Below, in pieces: positions 56,930 to 64,000 of a stretch of DNA of 64,000 nt. How positions within the stretch are numbered: position 1 is the stretch's first letter; each line of letters opens with the position of its first letter. The position numbers and the translations under genes are program-made. Below the pieces are notes generated by a model. It searched no databases and had not been told where the DNA came from. It saw only the letters and a list, made by a program, of their open reading frames with translations. This stretch comes from Chloroflexota bacterium (lineage in GTDB: Bacteria > Chloroflexota > Dehalococcoidia > Lucifugimonadales > UBA3495), in contig JAQBVF010000017.1 of assembly GCA_027623675.1 (NCBI GenBank), positions 14,185 to 78,184 of the forward strand. The letters run 5' to 3'.

Positions 56930-57847
56930 ATGCTGAGGTACACGGCCCAGCGATTGTTCTGGATGTTTCCGGTGCTTTTTGGCATCGGCACCATCACCTT
57001 TGTGCTGATGCACGCGGTCCCCGGCGGCCCCTGGGACGAGAACAAGAAACTTCCGCCCCATGTCGTGGCCAACCTCAACAACCGCTACGACTTGTATGAC
57101 TCCCTCTTGGTCCAATACGGTAAATTCCTGGGCAACACCGTTCGCGGCGACCTGGGCGTCTCCTACATCAACCAGGACCGCGACGTTGCAGATGTGATTC
57201 GCCAGGGCCTGCCCGCCACGTTGACCCTTGCCGGTCTGGCATTCCTGATCTCGGTGGCCGGTGGCATCCCCTTGGGCGTGATGGCAGCCGGCCGGAGAAA
57301 CAAGACCGTAGATGTCCTTTCCATCGCCTTGGCCACGGTTTTTGCCAGTGTGCCGGGCTTCATCTTGGGGATATTGCTGGTCATGACCTTCTCCGTGGCC
57401 TGGGACCTGCTGCCCAGCGGAGGATGGGGGTCCCCCTCCCATGTGGTGCTGCCGGCGCTGGCCCTCGCTTTGCTGCCGATGGCGTTTATCGCGCGAATCA
57501 CCAGGGCCAGCGTTCTAGAGGTGTTGGACGAAGACTATGTGCGCACCGCCGAGGCTAAAGGGATGCCGCCGTTGGTGGTCCAATACCGCCACGTGCTGCG
57601 AAACGCCTTGGTTCCAATCATCACCATAATTGGCGCCGAAGCCGGCGCTCTCCTCACCGGATCATTCATCATCGAAACCATCTTTTCCGTGCCGGGCATC
57701 GGCCGGTTGTTCGTACAAGGCGTGATGCAGCGGGACTACGGCCTGGTAACGGGCCTGGTTTTGTTCTATGCCACGGTCATGACCGTCGTTAACCTGATAG
57801 CAGACCTCCTATACGCTTCGGTTGAGCCCCGCATCCGGTTTACCTGA
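56930..57847 (+). CDS. Oligopeptide ABC transporter permease (OppB-like)
   Basis: PGGPW, GDLGVS, EDYVRTAEAKG, HVLRNALVP, IETIFSVPGIG motifs. Confidence 0.93.
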   Translation: MLRYTAQRLFWMFPVLFGIGTITFVLMHAVPGGPWDENKKLPPHVVANLNNRYDLYDSLLVQYGKFLGNTVRGDLGVSYINQDRDVADVIRQGLPATLTLAGLAFLISVAGGIPLGVMAAGRRNKTVDVLSIALATVFASVPGFILGILLVMTFSVAWDLLPSGGWGSPSHVVLPALALALLPMAFIARITRASVLEVLDEDYVRTAEAKGMPPLVVQYRHVLRNALVPIITIIGAEAGALLTGSFIIETIFSVPGIGRLFVQGVMQRDYGLVTGLVLFYATVMTVVNLIADLLYASVEPRIRFT

Positions 57848-57875
57848 TGAGAACAAGACCGGCGGGACCTGAGCG

Positions 57876-58793
57876 ATGAGTGGGTTACAACCAGCCGGCG
57901 GACCGGCGGCGGGGTTGAAAGACGCCTTCTTCACCGTGTTTCGGCTGCAATGGCTCCGCTGGTTATGCACCAGTAGAATGGCCGTTTGCGGCGGAATTCT
58001 GGCCGTACTGTTGGCGGTTGCCGGTTTGACGGCGTCCGTCGCGTCTCCCCACGCGCCGGAACGTCAAGACTACGATGCCATACTCGCCTCACCTAGCGCC
58101 GATCATCCCCTGGGTACGGACCGGCTGGGGCGCGACACCCTAAGCCGGCTGTTGTATGGCGCCCGAACTTCCCTGTCAGTCGGGGTGCTGGTGCAGGTTG
58201 TGGTGTTGGCCATTGGCCTGCCAGTGGGGCTGATAGCTGGGTTCGGCTCGCCCAGAGTGGACAATCTGCTGATGCGCGGCGTGGACATGGTGTACGCGTT
58301 CCCGGACCTGCTGCTGATCATATTGCTGCGTTCCATCTTCGGCGGAAGCGTATTCACCATGTTCCTTGCCATCGGACTGGCGTCTTGGCCGACCATCGCC
58401 AGGCTGGTCCGCAGTCAGACCCTGAGCATCAAAGAGCGGGAATACATCCTGGCTGCCCAGTCCATCGGGTGCCGGCCCGTCCGCATCGTTCTCACCCATC
58501 TGGCGCCCAACGCCGTGGGTCCGGTGATCGTGGCGGTGATATTCCTGATCCCCAGAGCCATCTTTGCTGAAGCCTCTCTTAGCTACATCGGGATCGGCGT
58601 AAATCCTCCCACGCCCAGTTGGGGGTCCATGGCCCAGGAGGGATACGGCGTGATATCCGTTGCCTTTGAGCAGGCGTTGTACCCGGTGTTGGCGATCATG
58701 TTGGCCATGTTGGCTTTCACCCTGCTGGGGGAGGGGTTGCGTTGCTTGCTAGACCCCAAGAACCGGCGCCGGCCTGCCAGAGATTTCCGGTGA
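57876..58793 (+). CDS. Oligopeptide ABC transporter permease (OppC-like)
   Basis: HPLGTDRLGRD, ARLVRSQ, EASLSYIG, PSWG motifs. Confidence 0.93.
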   Translation: MSGLQPAGGPAAGLKDAFFTVFRLQWLRWLCTSRMAVCGGILAVLLAVAGLTASVASPHAPERQDYDAILASPSADHPLGTDRLGRDTLSRLLYGARTSLSVGVLVQVVVLAIGLPVGLIAGFGSPRVDNLLMRGVDMVYAFPDLLLIILLRSIFGGSVFTMFLAIGLASWPTIARLVRSQTLSIKEREYILAAQSIGCRPVRIVLTHLAPNAVGPVIVAVIFLIPRAIFAEASLSYIGIGVNPPTPSWGSMAQEGYGVISVAFEQALYPVLAIMLAMLAFTLLGEGLRCLLDPKNRRRPARDFR

Positions 58794-58838
58794 TGCCTTC
58801 CCGGAGATGCCTTCCCGGAGATGCCTTCCCGGAGATGC
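58792..58838 (+). repeat. Tandem 14-bp repeat GATGCCTTCCCGGA (about 3.4 copies)
   Basis: Exact copies at 58792, 58806 and 58820. Confidence 0.9.
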
Positions 58839-58952
58839 GCCTAGATTCGAGCTGAATAGGACGCACACCGTTCTCACACTACTTAAAGGCTGGGCTGGTA
58901 AATACTGACCGAAGCCTACTAATAATCAAACTCCAAAGAGAAGGAGCCGTAC

Positions 58953-59411
58953 ATGTGGCGAATGAAGGCGATAGCAATTTCTGTGGTTGTGTTGGGTGCT
59001 CTGTTATTCGGAGCAGTGATTGCCTACGCGGGCTGGGGATGGAACGCGAAGGTTGACGTCAATGGAACCGTGGTTAGCACCGCTTGGACTGTAGTCGGCG
59101 ACGAAGACGGCGCCAATAACTATCGGGCCAAAATCAAGATCACCGTGCCGGAAGACGCTGATGCAGAGATAGTGGAGACTGCGGTGGGCATTGAGAAAGT
59201 GTCTTTGCGCAGTAGCAAAAAACTGCAATGCACCGAAGCCGGGGCAGAGTCGACCGTTAGCTACAAGGTCAAGCACGTCGGTGACGGCGAGCCCGGCGAC
59301 CATGTCGAGGTTACTGTCTCCCAGGTTAGCGGGGGCGCGGTATTAGCCTCTGCTAGTGGCAGTCTCGGGGAAACCATCACCGTAAACGCCCTGATACCGG
59401 GCGTATGCTAG
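58953..59411 (+). CDS. Hypothetical secreted beta-rich protein
   Basis: AAGGAG RBS, signal peptide ending AYA, alternating beta-strand pattern, two Cys. Confidence 0.75.
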   Translation: MWRMKAIAISVVVLGALLFGAVIAYAGWGWNAKVDVNGTVVSTAWTVVGDEDGANNYRAKIKITVPEDADAEIVETAVGIEKVSLRSSKKLQCTEAGAESTVSYKVKHVGDGEPGDHVEVTVSQVSGGAVLASASGSLGETITVNALIPGVC

Positions 59412-60634
59412 GACGATGACGGTGGCAGGAGGCAGGGGTCACTGATTCGAGCCACGATACTGGGATCTTCACCTCGTTCGACGCGAGGATCCCAGGACGG
59501 TCGTCTCGAGGCACCCCTTCCTCATTTCGGCCAGTCTAAGTGCATGAACCGGGCGCGCCGCGCCAGTTCGTGACAACTTAAAACAACCGGAATCTCTCCC
59601 GCCACTCTGGGACACAAACCGGCCGGCTCGGGCGCGACCGAAAGGTCTCGCTCGGTGATTAAAACATCGATTGATTGTGATGGGGTAGTGGGGGGAGGTT
59701 TTGATCCACCACCGGCCGGGGGCAGCGGCGAAGGGCATCCGCAGCGGAGCACTGTCTTCGTTACCGGCAGTGTCTGAAACCGATGGACTGGAGTGGCGGT
59801 TCCCCATGGACCCTCCGGCTAATACGGAGGGAATAACCTGGGAGATTAAACTGGATAGCGATCGAATGGATAAATCTGGGGAAATCGGCCGAAAGACGAG
59901 ATTGGCTTTAGCAATGGCCTGGCGGGCCCATCATCGTAGGCAGCAATCGGAAGCTCCGCCGTTGAAAGGTTTCACCGAGGCAAGTACCGGAGGCTTGAGT
60001 GAGACAGCCTCTACGGGCGAATAGATTAGGTCTCAAAGAAACGGGGTCCTTCAGACAGGGGCTAAAGCAAACTGGAACCATGCGGCAGTAAATGGTCCCA
60101 AAGTGAACGGTTTTGTTTACGAATCGCGGCTACAGATTCACCCGACTCACTAGAAAAAGAGTCAACGGCCAGAGCGGTCAGACATCTCCCGCCGAATGCC
60201 CTGGGGCGCTGGGGCAGCCACGGGCGACCGATGTCACGACCGAGATAACAACCGTGGCCTCGGCCAACTGTGCTCCGGTCACCTGGTGCTTTAGTTTCCA
60301 TTTTAGTTTCCATGCAGATGGCAACAACCAGCCTCCCGCGGGATGGGGTAAGGCGGTAATACCAGGTGGCCGGAGCCAGGATCTGGACCCAGCGAATGAA
60401 CCGGCGGTGACAGTAGTTAGCATTCATCAGGCAATCTCCTGCGCGGAGTCTCATCCAACACCTTTGGGCTGGGTCCGGCCCCGGGGTGTGGGATTCCGCG
60501 CACTTCTCTTTTCTACCGGCGCCGGCCGAAGTCGGGTATGGGCCGGCCGGAGACCGGCTTTCCGAACGGCGGATCGGCCATTAGACCGGACTAACGAAGA
60601 CCGGACTAACCTAATTTTGGAGACCAAGTAACCC

Positions 60635-62113
60635 ATGGGTCCAGGTCTTCCCATACGAGTTAACCTTTTCACGGCGTGCGTGGCTTTGGCCGGCATCGTC
60701 TCCATGGTCTTCTTGGGCTTGGATGAAGAATGGAGCCTGACCGTTCTAGCCACCACGTGTTTCTTCATACTGCTCATCATCGTCGCCGGCAGCTTCCCGC
60801 TGCCGGTGGCCCCCCGGGCAACCGCCGACGTTAGCACAGCCGTGCTCTTCGGGGTCGCCCTTCTCTTGGAGCCGGGTATCGCGGTATTCACCGTGGTGGT
60901 GGGCAAATTCATCTCCTACATCACAGTTAGAGGCCTGGGCGAACGGCTGAAGCTTCCCGGTTACCGGTACCCCTTCTACAAATACCCGTTCAACCTGGGT
61001 GAAGCAGCCATCACCACCGGCGTCACCTCCTATCTATTCCACACGTTCGGGACCACAGGGGAGTACCTAACTCCGGTCATAATCCTTTCGGCCGCCGCTA
61101 TGTATCTCACCAACACGGCCCTGATCACGGCGGTGGTCAGCTTGGAGATGAAGGTCAATCCGTTCCTGTTCTGGTGGGTAGGCACCAAGGAGAACGGCGC
61201 CGCGGAATTGAGCCTGCTCTGCTTCGGCTTCCTGGGGGCAGTGGTCTACCAGGAAAGCCCCTGGACCAGCGCGGCGTTGATCATACCTGTCGCCATCATC
61301 TACGTGGCGTTCTCGCGTCTGGCCACCAGCAATACCCAGTTGGAACAGGCCATCGATACTCTGGAGGCCCTACAAGGCCGGATCGTCAGTTCGGCCAAGC
61401 TGGCTTCGATCGGCGCAATCTCTTTAGACCTGGCCCATCAGATCAAGAACCCGCTGGCCATCATGCTGGGGCGTTTGGAAGGTCTGCAAGACCGGCTAGA
61501 AGAGGGAACCCGCGAGCGTCGGCACGTCGATATCGCCCAGGAGGCCGGTTGGCGCATACAGGAACTGACCCAGACATTCACCTATATCGGACGTCAGGAA
61601 TGGGTCCCTTTGGACATCCGCGAACTGTTGGATGAGAGCTTGGGAATGGCCGGACTGAGGACTTCAAAGCGCATCGAAACGCGGTGGTCATATTCAGACG
61701 ACCTACCCCACGTTCAAGGCAACCCGGTTTTGATCCGTGAGGCCCTGTCCAACTTCTTCTCCAACGCCCTCGAGGCGGTTGAGGAAGGCGGCCAGGTTAG
61801 CATCGACGCCACCCGTGAGGGCGACTTTGTGGCAGTGCGAATCAGTGACGACGGCGTAGGCATCCCGACCGACCAGCTAGAGCACCTGTTTGAGCCGTTC
61901 CACACCACCAAATCCCACGGCCAGGGACTTGGCTTGTTCGCCGCCAAGCATATCTTGGAGATGCACCAGGGCAGCGTGGATATTCAAAGCTCCAATGGTT
62001 CGGGTGCGACAGTGACGGTCAGGCTCCCGATGGCCAGTGATGAGCCTGTCGTTAACCCGATCGAGGAACCGATGGCGGCGGAGAATATCGGTACCCAACC
62101 CGTGCAAGGGTAA
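60635..62113 (+). CDS. Membrane-bound sensor histidine kinase
   Basis: Multi-TM N-terminus; H-box LAHQIKNPL, N-box NALEA, DDGVG, FEPF.TTK, GLGL motifs. Confidence 0.93.
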   Translation: MGPGLPIRVNLFTACVALAGIVSMVFLGLDEEWSLTVLATTCFFILLIIVAGSFPLPVAPRATADVSTAVLFGVALLLEPGIAVFTVVVGKFISYITVRGLGERLKLPGYRYPFYKYPFNLGEAAITTGVTSYLFHTFGTTGEYLTPVIILSAAAMYLTNTALITAVVSLEMKVNPFLFWWVGTKENGAAELSLLCFGFLGAVVYQESPWTSAALIIPVAIIYVAFSRLATSNTQLEQAIDTLEALQGRIVSSAKLASIGAISLDLAHQIKNPLAIMLGRLEGLQDRLEEGTRERRHVDIAQEAGWRIQELTQTFTYIGRQEWVPLDIRELLDESLGMAGLRTSKRIETRWSYSDDLPHVQGNPVLIREALSNFFSNALEAVEEGGQVSIDATREGDFVAVRISDDGVGIPTDQLEHLFEPFHTTKSHGQGLGLFAAKHILEMHQGSVDIQSSNGSGATVTVRLPMASDEPVVNPIEEPMAAENIGTQPVQG

Positions 62114-62762
62114 CGATTATCTTTGGGTTTCGCGGGTCGTCTTCGATCTTGTCCCTGAGGGAGGATATGTACCATTTGAGGCTATCGAGCGAGCCCATGT
62201 ATTCGCCCCAGACCTTGTCCAGCAATTCCTGATGACCCAACACCCGGTTCGAGTTCTGAGCCAGGCACGACAGCAGGTTGAATTCGGTGGGACGCAGATG
62301 CAAGGTTTCCCCCTTGATCTGGGCCTCGCGGGTAAGGAAGTCCAACGTTATGACGCTGTCTTGGTGCTTCAGAGCTAGTTAATCTTCAAAAACGGCCCGG
62401 CGCAGCATGGACCGCACCCTCGCCAGGAAGATTCTTTTGGAGACAGGTTTGACCATATACTCGTCGGCCCCCATCTCGAATCCCCTTAGAGTCTGCTCTT
62501 CAGCGTCCATGGCGGTGAGGGCGATCACATGGGTATTTGAGATCTGCCTGATGCGGCTGATCAACTGGAGCCCGTCCATCCCTGCCATGCGCAGATCAGT
62601 GATGGTGAGAGCGGGCCTCTGGTCGACGAACATCTCCAGGGCCTCCCATCCGTTGCTGGCAGCCTCAACGTCGTGACCATCCTCTTCCAGCCATTCGTTA
62701 AGGAGTGACAACATCTCGGGCTCATCATCGACGATCAAAATCTTGGACGGCAACGCCGCCAT
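62052..62762 (-). pseudogene. OmpR-family response regulator interrupted by an in-frame TAA (receiver 62379-62762; wHTH 62052-62378)
   Basis: Continuous frame ...LRRAVFED*LALKHQDSVITLDFLTREAQIKGETLHLRPTEFNLL...VGYRY. Confidence 0.85.
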
Positions 62763-63143
62763 CAACACACCTCGCCGTGTGAAGCTCGGGTGGGGGCGAT
62801 CTGGGTGAACAACACCCAAATACCCACCAGCCGAATCTAAGGTCCGGAAATGACGGTTCAAGCCTAATTCAATTCGGTTGGGCGCAATCTCATCCCATCG
62901 GGTGATTTCAGGGGTGAAAAATGAGCTAGCCCCCGCAACCCGGTGGCGGGAACAGGGGGAAGGCACCGGAAGGTATTTTTTATGAAGGCATTTGATATTA
63001 AAGGATCGACTAGGGAAGATACCTAGGGCTATCGGTGTGCGGCTGGTTTCGCGATACGTATCAAGCGATAAAGAATCACATCAGGTAACGCACGATCACC
63101 CGAGTTAAATATTGAAACCGAATCTGATTAAACCGAACTCAAT

Positions 63144-63719
63144 ATGACAAGAACAGGTAACAGACATCACCAGATATTGATTGTGGACGACGAACAAGGC
63201 CTGAGGGAACTTCTTCAGGAGAACCTGGAAGACGCCGGCTACATCTGTTTCGCGGCGTCAAATGGCCGGACGGCACTGGATATAATGAGCGCCGAGTCCA
63301 TCGACCTGGCGATCGTCGATGTGATGATGCCGGAGATGTCTGGGTTGGAATTGTTCCAACTGATGAGGGGAAAATACCCCTGGGTCGCCGTGGTATTCGT
63401 GACCGCCGTAGACCAGATGGATGTGGCGGTTTCCCAAGTCAAGAACGGCGCCATGAACTACCTGGTAAAGCCGGTTAGCAAGACCAGACTCATCGACGCA
63501 GTCAGCGAAGCGCTGAACCAGCAGAGTGAGTTTCTTGAGAACACTGGGCACCAGCAGCACCTTGAAGAACTCTTGGTCCACCAGTCCAAGGCTTTGGAAA
63601 ACAAGGTACGAGAGGTCCGGGCGCTGAATAAGATGTTTGACGACCTGGTAGCGAATGAGTTGGTGTTCCAAGATGGCATCAATCTCATGGACCAACAACC
63701 GGAAACCCCCTCCTCCTAG
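63144..63719 (+). CDS. Response regulator receiver protein with C-terminal coiled coil
   Basis: ILIVDDE, DVMMPEMSG, FVTA, YLVKP; helical tail without a recognised output domain. Confidence 0.9.
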   Translation: MTRTGNRHHQILIVDDEQGLRELLQENLEDAGYICFAASNGRTALDIMSAESIDLAIVDVMMPEMSGLELFQLMRGKYPWVAVVFVTAVDQMDVAVSQVKNGAMNYLVKPVSKTRLIDAVSEALNQQSEFLENTGHQQHLEELLVHQSKALENKVREVRALNKMFDDLVANELVFQDGINLMDQQPETPSS

Positions 63720-63824
63720 CTGCTTGCGCTAGGTCCCTGTCCTCTGGACCCGCCCCGTTTCCCCGCCGTTGGGCCGAAACAGCGGCTCATTCCTGCTTCT
63801 TCTTTGCATCAGATCATTGGTGCT

Positions 63825-63863
63825 TGCCCCTGGGTTGTGCCTGGAACGACCCAGGGGCATTTT
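63825..63863 (+). terminator. Intrinsic terminator
   Basis: TGCCCCTGGGTTGT/ACGACCCAGGGGCA stem followed by TTTT. Confidence 0.65.
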
Positions 63864-64000
63864 CCGAGTCTTCAAAGTTTCTTAAAGGTTTGTCTGTAGA
63901 TTGGGGATATGAGGTGGACCCGGAAATTCGGACAGGTAGCTAAGTGAGAGTTCCGCTCCTAAAATAGCCACAGCTGTTGCTGTGAGGAAGGAGTGGGACA

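Noticed and set aside
58792..58838. Functional repeat element
   Set aside because: Short exact tandem repeat, most simply explained by slippage.
60055..60200. c-di-GMP riboswitch
   Set aside because: GCAAAC is present but the P2 tetraloop/receptor architecture is missing.

Overview
A GC-rich bacterial chromosomal window. The gene content (LLM monooxygenase, CaiB CoA-transferases, orphan xanthine-dehydrogenase-type subunit, EthD-like paralogs, GTAC-N4-GTTC SOS box) suggests Chloroflexota, probably Dehalococcoidia/SAR202-like; this taxonomy is an inference. About 55 CDSs are present. Housekeeping genes include a Lon-like protease, coaD, rsmD, ribF, tyrS, an EF-G paralog, trxB and a cyclophilin. 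There are many catabolic enzymes, a DNA-damage cluster (ada, imuB-like, dnaE2) and a terminal block with Opp transporter and two-component genes. No rRNA, tRNA or CRISPR-cas was seen. The most striking feature is a compact GIY-YIG nuclease element bounded by inverted repeats, inserted in the putatively LexA-controlled imuB-dnaE2 cassette. It is accompanied by two internally deleted MITE-like copies, tandem arrays of its left end and a truncated DUF559-like gene. Other highlights: (1) a candidate small RNA with its own promoter, a terminator-like end and anti-Shine-Dalgarno-like loops; (2) a low-GC Panacea antitoxin plus unknown toxin-like islet; (3) an acyl-CoA mutase with isobutyryl-type specificity residues; (4) a pair of Cys-less thiolase-fold proteins with two DUF35 partners; (5) a probable ATC start codon downstream of coaD; (6) an OmpR-type regulator broken by an in-frame stop. 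All calls come from reading motifs by eye; no database searches were run.
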